Assembly: GCA_036267955.1 (NCBI GenBank)
Contig: DATAVB010000161.1
Location: 36,095 to 60,094 of the forward strand
Origin: Mycobacteriales bacterium
GTDB lineage: Bacteria > Actinomycetota > Actinomycetes > Mycobacteriales > QHCD01
Direction of reading: 5' to 3'
DNA length: 24,000 bases
Shown: piece after piece, positions 16,363 through 23,075 of the stretch
Position numbering within the stretch: the stretch's first letter is position 1
Layout of the letters: each line of letters begins with the position of its first letter
Program-made: the position numbers and the translations under genes
Notes under the pieces: generated by a model
What the model saw: only the letters and a program-made list of their open reading frames with translations
Databases searched by the model: none
Told to the model about the DNA's origin: nothing

Positions 16363-16751
16363 CTGGGGCCGTCTCCCGGTGGGCAGGACTTGGCGTGCCG
16401 GTGACGGGGTCTGCGGGTTATCGCAGCCGGGACAGAACGTAGGGGAATGCCGAGCCGGGTATCAACTCGGCGTGAGTGCCCTGTACTGCGCGGTACGGCT
16501 GTTCTCATCTAGAGTTACTGCCCCGTTCGGCGTAACTCGGCTCTGCCGAGAGCACCTATTACACGGCGTTGATAACAATCCCTGTCCGTGTCGTTATCTA
16601 GTCGTTACCTGACTAGCAAGGGGATTCTGCCTCAGGTTGGGCCCGCACGGCAGCAGTAACATTGAGCCGTTCGGCCGCTTTCGGTGCATCCGAACACGCA
16701 TCTTCGGAAAGTTGGCAACGTTTTCTCGGCTTTGAATAGCCGGCTAGCGAA

Positions 16752-17696
16752 TTACGGGGCTTTTAGGAGTTTTGCCGGTTCTCGCGCTGCCCGCTGAAGA
16801 GCTTCGATCACCGGCCCGAGTATCGGTGAGCATTCCGAGCCGGTCCGAACAGCGATGCGCACCTGTCGCACCGTTTCTGGAGTTACCGGGCGCAGCGCTA
16901 TCGCGTCGTTCCTGCGCGTTGTGGCCAGGCGCGGTACGAGGGCGACCCCCGCACCGGCAGCCACCAGTGCGCAGACCCCCTCCCAGTCGTTGCAGTGATG
17001 TCGCACGTCCGGCCGGAACCCGGCATTGGCGCAGCTCGCCATGGCGACGTCGTAGCAGGTCCCGCCCGGCGCGCCGACGATCCACGGCTGCTCGGCGAGG
17101 TCGGTCAGCGCGATCGAACGACGGGTGGCGAGCGGGTGGTCCGGCGGCAGCGCGGCGTCCAGCGGGTCGGCCAGCAGCGGCAATCGGTGAAACCGCGGGT
17201 CGGCTCGGGTCGGGGTGCTCCGGTCATCGACGGTGAGGGCGATGTCGAGTTCGCCCGTATCGAGCCGGGTGTAGGAATCCAGCCCTTCGACCTCTCGTAC
17301 CTGTAGCCGGAGCCTGGGTCGGTCGCGCGTGAGGCTGGCCATGGCCGGCGCGACGATGCCGGTGATCGCGGTGGACAGCGCGCCGATCCGGACCGTGCCG
17401 ACGGCTCCTTCCTGCCACTCGGCCAGGTCGGATCGGGCCCGTTCAAGTTGTGCGTACAGGATGTCGGCGTGCTCCAGCAGCACGTGCGCCTGGCCGGTCA
17501 GCCGCACGCCGCGGCCCTGGCGCTCGATGAGAGGTGCTCCGACCTCCTTCGCGAGCGCGGCGAGTTGTTGCGAAACGGCCGACGGGGTCAGATGCAGTGC
17601 GCCGGCCGTCGCGGCGACGGTCTCGCGCTGGCGCAGCTCCCGCAGCACCTGCAGACGGCGAAGGTCAATTGTGAAGCCGTTGCTAACCGATTCCAT
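16752..17696 (-). CDS. LysR family transcriptional regulator
   Basis: N-terminal HTH LRRLQVLRELRQRETVAATAGALHLTPSAVSQQLAALAKEVGAPLIERQGRGVRLT, followed by a LysR substrate-binding domain. 314 aa. Confidence 0.9.
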   Translation of the reverse strand: MESVSNGFTIDLRRLQVLRELRQRETVAATAGALHLTPSAVSQQLAALAKEVGAPLIERQGRGVRLTGQAHVLLEHADILYAQLERARSDLAEWQEGAVGTVRIGALSTAITGIVAPAMASLTRDRPRLRLQVREVEGLDSYTRLDTGELDIALTVDDRSTPTRADPRFHRLPLLADPLDAALPPDHPLATRRSIALTDLAEQPWIVGAPGGTCYDVAMASCANAGFRPDVRHHCNDWEGVCALVAAGAGVALVPRLATTRRNDAIALRPVTPETVRQVRIAVRTGSECSPILGPVIEALQRAAREPAKLLKAP

Positions 17697-17823
17697 GCAG
17701 AAAGTTTAGCTGGACGGCACGGCTGATTGGCTCGACCATCAAGGGGCACTGGCTGTTGCCCTCGATACCGGTCGAGGACTTGTCGCCCGATCCGATCCGA
17801 TCGGGTCGGTGGAGGTGGTTGGG

Positions 17824-18054
17824 ATGGCTGGATCGACCAAGGTCAGGAGCGATCTGCCGGTCTGGCGACGCGGTTGGTGGCCGGCCCTGTCCGGCACCGC
17901 GTCGCGGGTCGCGGCGGCGCACCGGGCGCAGGTCGCGCTGTGGGAGCGGGTGTACAGCTGGCCGCCGGACGATGGACCGCTGCACTGGGTGGACACGGTC
18001 GACGGCCCGGCACTGCGCGGCCAGGTGCTGCCCGGTCGAGCGCCCAAGTGGTGA
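17824..18054 (+). CDS. Hypothetical small Trp-rich protein (76 aa), weakly supported
   Basis: This is the only frame in 17.7-18.1 kb whose product does not look like Arg/Gly/Pro off-frame junk. GC3 is about 85%. GGAGG (17811-17815) lies 8 nt before the ATG at 17824. I see no recognisable domain. The third-codon positions coincide with an antisense ORF, so GC3 alone cannot decide. Confidence 0.35.
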   Translation: MAGSTKVRSDLPVWRRGWWPALSGTASRVAAAHRAQVALWERVYSWPPDDGPLHWVDTVDGPALRGQVLPGRAPKW

Positions 18055-18066
18055 CCTACCGCGGGA

Positions 18067-18096
18067 TTGCGAGGTGCGGCGCCGATTCCGTATAGT
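18067..18096 (+). promoter_or_regulatory. Candidate sigma-70-type promoter for the SAM-IV leader
   Basis: TTGCGA (18067-18072), an 18-nt spacer, then TATAGT (18091-18096). This places a start site about 7-9 nt before the first riboswitch nucleotide. Confidence 0.5.
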
Positions 18097-18104
18097 CGCC
18101 GCCA

Positions 18105-18219
18105 GGTCATGAGTGCCAGCGTTCAGCCCCGGCTTGCTGGCCGGCAACCCTCGCTCCGCGGTGGGGTGCCCCGGGTGAAGACCGGGCCGGGCACAAATGT
18201 GTCGGGCAAGCGCGGGGTC
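18105..18219 (+). promoter_or_regulatory. SAM-IV riboswitch
   Basis: GGUCAUGAGUGCCAGCGUUCAGCCCCGGCUUGCUGGCCGGCAACCCUCGCUCCGCGGUGGGGUGCCCCGGGUGAAGACC...GGCAAGCGCGGGGUC matches, almost base for base in the conserved helices and junctions, the actinobacterial SAM-IV consensus as I recall it (GGUCAUGAGUGCCAGCGUCAAGCCCCGGCUUGCUGGCCGGCAACCCUCC..CCGCGGUGGGGUGCCCCGGGUGAUGACC...GGCAAGCGCGGGUC). Confidence 0.9.
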
Positions 18220-18265
18220 CCGGCACCACAGGCTCAGGGTCCCCCTGGGTCTGGAGGAATGCCCT

Positions 18266-19645
18266 GTGTCTGTCGTGTCGCCCGCTTATGCCGATCGTCT
18301 CCCGCGGCCGTTCACTCCGGCGGTGACCTCGTGTCCCGCGCCTGAGCTGGTCGGGGCCGGTCTCACCGTCCCGCTGGTCACCGGCGATGCGGTGCCGTAC
18401 GCCAACTTCGACTACGCGGCCAGCGCACCGGCGCTCGCCGCGGTTCAGAACGCCGTGCACGACCTGCTCCCCTGGTACGCCAGCGTGCATCGCGGCGCCG
18501 GTCTGCCGTCGCAGACCTGTACCCAGGCGTACGAGGAGGCCCGGGCCGCGGTGGCCCGGTTCGTGGGGGCCCGGCGCGGGACCGCCACGATCTTCACCCG
18601 CAACACCACCGACGCGATGAACCTGCTCGCGCATGCCCTGCCGCCGTCGACCACCGTGGTGGTGTTCGAGACCGAACACCACGCGACCCTGCTGCCGTGG
18701 CGCGGCCGCCGGGTCGTCCGGCTGCCGGCGCCGTCCAGCCCGGAAGCGGCGTGCGCCGCGGTCGCCCAGGCGTTGGCCGACAGCCCGGTCGGCCCGCGGC
18801 TGGTCGCGGTGACCGGAGCCTCGAACGTCACCGGCGAGTGCTGGCCGGTGGCCGAGTTGGCCCGGGTTGCGCACGCCGCCGGCGCCCGGATCGTGGTTGA
18901 CGCCGCCCAACTGGCGCCACACCACCCGGTGGACATGGCCGAGCTGGACGTCGACTATCTCGCCCTGTCCGGGCACAAGCTGTACGCGCCGTTCGGCGTC
19001 GGCGCACTGATCGGCCGCGCGGACTGGCTGCGGGCCGCCCCGCCGTACCTCGTCGGAGGTGGCGCGACCCGCAACGTGAATGACACGAGCGTCTCCTGGG
19101 CGGAGCTGCCGGATCGGCACGAGGCCGGGACCCCGAACGTCGTCGGTGCCGTGGCGCTGGCCGCCGCCTGCGGAGCGCTGCGCCGGGCCGACCGGTACGC
19201 GGCCGCCGCCCGCGAGACGGCCCTGCTGGCCCGGCTGCGGCGCGGCCTGGGCACCGTTCCCGGACTCCGGGAGTTGGCGCTGTGGGACGAGGATGCGCCC
19301 CGGGTGGGCATCACCTCGTTCACCCTGGACGGGTGGGACGGCCGGTGGCTGGCCACCGCGCTGTCCGCCGAGTACGGCATCGGGGTGCGGGCCGGATCGT
19401 TCTGCGCGCACCCGTTCGTCCGCCGGCTGACCGGTGTCGGCGCCGGCTGTACCGGGGACGCACCAGTGCCGGTGCGGGCCAGCATCGGGCTCGGCACGAC
19501 CGAAGAGGACGTCGACCGGCTCGTCGCCGCGGTCGATCAACTCGCCCGCCGGGGGGCCGCATGGTCCTATGTGGACCGCAATGGCGAGGTCGTGCCCAAT
19601 CCCGATCCGCGGCCGCGCAAGAGCATTTCTGAAACCTGGTTCTGA
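18266..19645 (+). CDS. Class-V aminotransferase-fold PLP enzyme (cysteine desulfurase / C-S lyase-like)
   Basis: YANFDYAASAP..., TRNTTDAMNL, VTGASNVTGE, DAAQLAPH and the PLP-lysine motif LSGHKLYAPFGVG are class-V (SufS/CsdA/NifS-like) hallmarks. I chose the GTG at 18266, with GGAGGA (18253-18258) 7 nt upstream. The listed start at 18197 lies inside the riboswitch. Confidence 0.85.
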   Translation: MSVVSPAYADRLPRPFTPAVTSCPAPELVGAGLTVPLVTGDAVPYANFDYAASAPALAAVQNAVHDLLPWYASVHRGAGLPSQTCTQAYEEARAAVARFVGARRGTATIFTRNTTDAMNLLAHALPPSTTVVVFETEHHATLLPWRGRRVVRLPAPSSPEAACAAVAQALADSPVGPRLVAVTGASNVTGECWPVAELARVAHAAGARIVVDAAQLAPHHPVDMAELDVDYLALSGHKLYAPFGVGALIGRADWLRAAPPYLVGGGATRNVNDTSVSWAELPDRHEAGTPNVVGAVALAAACGALRRADRYAAAARETALLARLRRGLGTVPGLRELALWDEDAPRVGITSFTLDGWDGRWLATALSAEYGIGVRAGSFCAHPFVRRLTGVGAGCTGDAPVPVRASIGLGTTEEDVDRLVAAVDQLARRGAAWSYVDRNGEVVPNPDPRPRKSISETWF

Positions 19646-19695
19646 TCGGTTTCACAATAATTCCGGGCGACATTCCCGCCCAGCCGCACTTCTCC

Positions 19696-19746
19696 TGATC
19701 GTGATCGGATTTCGGTTGCTATAGCGCCAAAATCCGATCACGATCA
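19696..19746. repeat. Palindromic intergenic element, copy 2 (17-bp perfect arms)
   Basis: TGATCGTGATCGGATTT (19696-19712) is the exact reverse complement of AAATCCGATCACGATCA (19730-19746). The centre GGTTGCTATAGC (19714-19725) is identical to copy 1. It sits between convergent gene ends (19645 and 19783), so it may act as a bidirectional terminator. Confidence 0.9.
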
Positions 19747-19782
19747 TGGAAATTGGGTCGCGGTGACAGTGGCGGGAATCAA

Positions 19783-20223
19783 TTACGGGACGACGATGGT
19801 CGGCCATTTCGCCGAGCGCACCAGTCGAATTGCCACCGAGCCCACAAATCGATGTTCGCGGTGCTGGGAATGGCCGACGATCACGGCGTCGGCCTGACTC
19901 TCTTCGGCCACGCTCTCCAGCAGCCGGACCGGATCGCCGTTGCCCGCGACGAACCGCCAGGCGACTCCGGTGTCGCGCATGTGCCGTTGTACCTGGTGCT
20001 GGATGTCCTGCTGGATCGAGTCACTCACGCCGGCGAGGCAGGCGTCGACGGTGGCGCCCATCGCCGCTATGACGTAGCTGGGCGTCGCGAACGCGACCAC
20101 GAGCGTCGCGCCCTGCCGCCGGGCCAACCCGGTGGCGTACGCGAGCGCGTGGTCCGCCGGTTCGGTGGCGTCGTAGCCCACCACGATGACCTGCGGGCCG
20201 TCAGTACCCAGCTCGAAGGCCAC
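19783..20223 (-). CDS. Universal stress protein (UspA family)
   Basis: VIVVGYDATEPADHALAYA...GATLVVAF...DAVIVGHSQHREHRFVGSVAIRLVRSAKWPTIVVP is a typical Usp fold signature. I chose the GTG at 20223 (AAGGAG 7 nt upstream) over the listed TTG at 20274. Confidence 0.85.
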   Translation of the reverse strand: MAFELGTDGPQVIVVGYDATEPADHALAYATGLARRQGATLVVAFATPSYVIAAMGATVDACLAGVSDSIQQDIQHQVQRHMRDTGVAWRFVAGNGDPVRLLESVAEESQADAVIVGHSQHREHRFVGSVAIRLVRSAKWPTIVVP

Positions 20224-20265
20224 TGGAGCACTCCTTCCGGCACCGCTGACAGTGGAAAATTCATT

Positions 20266-20281
20266 GTTTAGCAATGTAAAC
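20266..20281. promoter_or_regulatory. AT-rich palindrome in the usp/marR divergent region (candidate MarR operator)
   Basis: GTTTA-gcaatg-TAAAC (20266-20281) lies in the only AT-rich patch of the 68-bp divergent region, 11 nt upstream of the marR ATG. Confidence 0.3.
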
Positions 20282-20291
20282 TATAAAGCAT

Positions 20292-20756
20292 ATGGAGCGA
20301 ACCGAGGGGGCGGCAAGGTTAGCGGGCGAGCTGGCACCACGACTTGCCCGCCTCATCATCACGCTACGACGTGAGACCGCCGCCGCGGGACTGAGTCGGG
20401 TCCAGCTGACCCTGCTCGCGGCGCTGCGCCGGGGCGAGTCGCGCCGGATCACCGAACTGGCCGACCTCGAACAGATCACCCAGCCGTCCATGACCGCTCT
20501 GGTCTCCCGGATGGAACGGGCCGGTTGGGTGCGCCGCGAGCCCGACCCGAACGACCGCCGCGGGGTCCGGGTCACCATCACCGAGGCCGGCGAGAGGCAG
20601 TACGACGCCGGCCTCGCCGGTTACGTCGAGGCGCTGGCCGGCCGGCTGCACAAGCTCGACGAAACCCAGCGGATCGCGCTCCAACAAGCGATTTCGGCGC
20701 TCGACCTGGTCCTCGAGGAGGGCAGCGCCGAGCCGGCGAACGGACCGGCAACGTAG
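20292..20756 (+). CDS. MarR family transcriptional regulator
   Basis: wHTH core LTLLAALRRGESRRITELADLEQITQPSMTALVSRMERAGWVRREPDPNDRRGVRVTITEAGE. 154 aa. No SD precedes the ATG, so the transcript may be leaderless. Confidence 0.9.
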   Translation: MERTEGAARLAGELAPRLARLIITLRRETAAAGLSRVQLTLLAALRRGESRRITELADLEQITQPSMTALVSRMERAGWVRREPDPNDRRGVRVTITEAGERQYDAGLAGYVEALAGRLHKLDETQRIALQQAISALDLVLEEGSAEPANGPAT

Positions 20757-20768
20757 CGCGGCCGGTTC

Positions 20769-21134
20769 CTACCCTTCGTCCAGCTGCGCGATGAGCGTCT
20801 TCGGTGCGACCATCCGGTAGCCGTCCTGGACGATCTCGGCGATCTCGTCCCAGTCCACTCCCGGCACGTCCAGGAACACACCGACCCAGCCGCGGTGCCC
20901 CACGTACGGCGGGATGAAGAACCGCTCCGGATCATTGCCGACGAGCGCGGACTGGGCGCCGGCCGGTGCGTGGCACCAGAAACCGAGCCGGTCGTCGTGG
21001 TGATGGTTGGCGTACATCACGAATTGTTTCTTGCCTCGTACGAAGAAGCTCGGCTCGCCGTGGCTGAGCCGTTCGATCACCTCGGGCAGGGCAAGGCAGA
21101 TCTGGCGCAGGCGCTCGATCGGTGCATCTCCCAT
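20769..21134 (-). CDS. MmcQ/YjbR family DNA-binding protein
   Basis: 121 aa. LRQICLALPEV...HGEPSFFVRGKKQFVMY...PYVGHRGWVGVFLD resembles the YjbR (DUF419) family pattern. Confidence 0.75.
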   Translation of the reverse strand: MGDAPIERLRQICLALPEVIERLSHGEPSFFVRGKKQFVMYANHHHDDRLGFWCHAPAGAQSALVGNDPERFFIPPYVGHRGWVGVFLDVPGVDWDEIAEIVQDGYRMVAPKTLIAQLDEG

Positions 21135-21242
21135 GCATCCGAATTGTGCCCCATCGGCGCGTCGTCAACGGCTTTATACCGTGCAACGTCTTAGCTGTCC
21201 GGCGGCAGTGGGTCGGTTGAAGGAGCAGGAGACTAGGGCAGG

Positions 21243-23006
21243 ATGATGGCCGTGAGCGCGCCCGTCGAGGTTGAGCCGGACCGCAAACCTCCGGTGCAGC
21301 GCTGGTGGGAGCGGTCCCGCCGGCGTACCCCGAGTGCGATCGCCGGGTTGACCTGGCTGATCGGGCTGCTCACCGTGATCAGCGCGCTGATGCGGCACCG
21401 GCACCACCGCTGGGATTACGTCGCCAGCCTGCTCAGCGCGCCGGTCGCCCGGCAGACCACGGCGACCGCGACCGCGTTGCTGATCACCCTTGGCGTACTG
21501 CTGATGTATCTGGCCTCGGGGCTGCGCCGTCGCAAGCGGCGGGCCTGGCGAGCCGCGGTGGTGGTGACCGTCGTGGTGACCGCATCGCATCTGCTCGCCA
21601 AACTGAACATCCCCGGCGCCGTCGTTTCCGTCCTGCTGCTGGTCGTGCTGATCGTGGCGCGGGAGCAGTTCTACGCGCTCGGCGATCCGACCACCCGCTG
21701 GTACGCGCTGCGCGTCACGATCGAGATGGTGATCGCCGGCATCGTGCTCGGCATGGTGGGGCTGGCGGTCAACCACCGGTCGATCATCGGTGAACCGTCG
21801 CTGTGGCAGCAGTTCCAGCACGTGGTGGACGGGATGGTCGGGGTGGAGGGGCCGGTGCGGTTCACCGGCGACCTGGTCACCGACATCGTCGACAACACGC
21901 TGTCCGGCATCGGGGTCCTGATCCTGTGCATGGCGGCGTACCTCTTCCTGCGGTCCGCGCAGCCGCGCGCGGTGCTGACCACCGGCGACGAGGACCGGCT
22001 GCGGGTCCTGCTGGACAAGCACGGCGGCCGCGACTCACTCGGCTACTTCGCACTGCGCCGGGACAAGAGCGTGGTGTGGTCACCGACCGGCAAATCGGCG
22101 GTGACCTATCGCGTGAACGCCGGCGTCGCCCTGGCCAGCGGCGACCCGATCGGCGATCCGGAGGCGTGGCCCGGCGCGATCGACGAGTTTCTCGATCTGG
22201 CCGCCCGGCATGCCTGGGTGCCGGCGGTGATCGGCGCCAGCGAGCAGGGCGCGACCGTCTACTCCAGACACGGGCTGGACGCGCTCGAGTTGGGTGACGA
22301 GGCGATCGTGGACGCCAATACGTTCAGCCTGGACGGCCGGCCGATGCGCGGTGTGCGGCAGGCGGTCAAGCGGGTCGAGCGGGCCGGGTACGACGTGCAG
22401 GTCCGCCGGGCGCGGGACCTGTCCGACGAGGAGATGAACGAACTGGTGACGGTCGCGTCGGCCTGGCGCGGCGGCGCGGTCGAGCGTGGGTTCTCCATGG
22501 CGCTGTCCCGGCTCGGCGATCCGGCCGACGGCGACTGCGTGGTGACGACAGCGCACCAGAACGGTCGACTTCGTGGGCTGCTGCATTTCGTGCCGTGGGG
22601 CAGCGAGGGTCTGTCGCTGGACCTGATGCGGCGCGACCGCAGCGCGGACAACGGGCTCAACGAGCTGTTGATCGTCCGGCTCATCGAGGCGGCCCGGGAC
22701 GACCTGGGGGTCCAGCGGGTCTCGCTGAACTTCGCCGCCTTCCGGTCCGCGCTGGAGCGGGGGGAGCGGATCGGCGCCGGACCGGTGCTGCGGTTGTGGC
22801 GCAAGTTGCTGGTCTTCTTGTCCCGTTGGTGGCAGATCGAGTCGCTCTACCGGTTCAACGTCAAGTTCCGGCCGGACTGGCAGCCGCGGTTCCTGTCCTT
22901 CCCCTCGACCCGGGAGCTGCCGCGGATCGCGTTCGCGGCGATGGAGGCCGAGGCGTTCTTCGTACGGCCGCGGCGGCTGCAGCGGATGCTGCGCCGGGAC
23001 AGCTGA
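21243..23006 (+). CDS. Aminoacyl-phosphatidylglycerol (aminoacyl-lipid) synthase, MprF/LysX-like; membrane domain + DUF2156 catalytic domain
   Basis: The N-terminal ~250 aa contain about 6-7 TM spans. The C-terminal part (GGRDSLGYFALRRDKS...YRVNAGVALASGDPIGD...RGFSMAL...LDLMRR...NGLNELLI...SLYRFNVKFRPDWQPRF) matches the tRNA-dependent aminoacyl-PG synthase domain. No fused lysyl-tRNA synthetase is present. Confidence 0.85.
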   Translation: MMAVSAPVEVEPDRKPPVQRWWERSRRRTPSAIAGLTWLIGLLTVISALMRHRHHRWDYVASLLSAPVARQTTATATALLITLGVLLMYLASGLRRRKRRAWRAAVVVTVVVTASHLLAKLNIPGAVVSVLLLVVLIVAREQFYALGDPTTRWYALRVTIEMVIAGIVLGMVGLAVNHRSIIGEPSLWQQFQHVVDGMVGVEGPVRFTGDLVTDIVDNTLSGIGVLILCMAAYLFLRSAQPRAVLTTGDEDRLRVLLDKHGGRDSLGYFALRRDKSVVWSPTGKSAVTYRVNAGVALASGDPIGDPEAWPGAIDEFLDLAARHAWVPAVIGASEQGATVYSRHGLDALELGDEAIVDANTFSLDGRPMRGVRQAVKRVERAGYDVQVRRARDLSDEEMNELVTVASAWRGGAVERGFSMALSRLGDPADGDCVVTTAHQNGRLRGLLHFVPWGSEGLSLDLMRRDRSADNGLNELLIVRLIEAARDDLGVQRVSLNFAAFRSALERGERIGAGPVLRLWRKLLVFLSRWWQIESLYRFNVKFRPDWQPRFLSFPSTRELPRIAFAAMEAEAFFVRPRRLQRMLRRDS

Positions 23007-23075
23007 CCTTTATCTCGGTGCCGTCGCACCGCCGGCACGGCATACTGACAGGGAACGGGGCTGGAGGCGCGGAGC

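Noticed and set aside
18107-19540. 477-aa ORF on the minus strand (likewise 7435-8568, 7971-9425, 3173-3895, 4138-5154, 5085-6305, 15206-16240, 21174-22022, 22595-23620 and 23010-23675)
   Set aside because: All are antisense or out of frame relative to genes with strong family motifs. All have Arg/Pro/Gly-dominated compositions and no recognisable domains. They are high-GC shadow ORFs.
7253-19746. The two homologous palindromic elements bracket 12.4 kb, suggesting a mobile or genomic island bounded by inverted repeats
   Set aside because: Each element is itself a complete palindrome, not one half of a terminal inverted-repeat pair. There are no flanking direct repeats, integrase, transposase or tRNA, and no compositional break at the boundaries. 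The enclosed genes look like ordinary chromosomal regulators and housekeeping genes. It is more likely a dispersed intergenic repeat family.
19764-20255. The identical 9-mer TGACAGTGG occurs just downstream (19764-19772) and just upstream (20247-20255) of the usp gene
   Set aside because: It is a single pair of a short word, both on the plus strand, with no further flanking similarity. Among the many possible 9-mer pairs in 24 kb, this is within chance expectation. It is noted only because it overlaps the CTGACAG motif discussed elsewhere.
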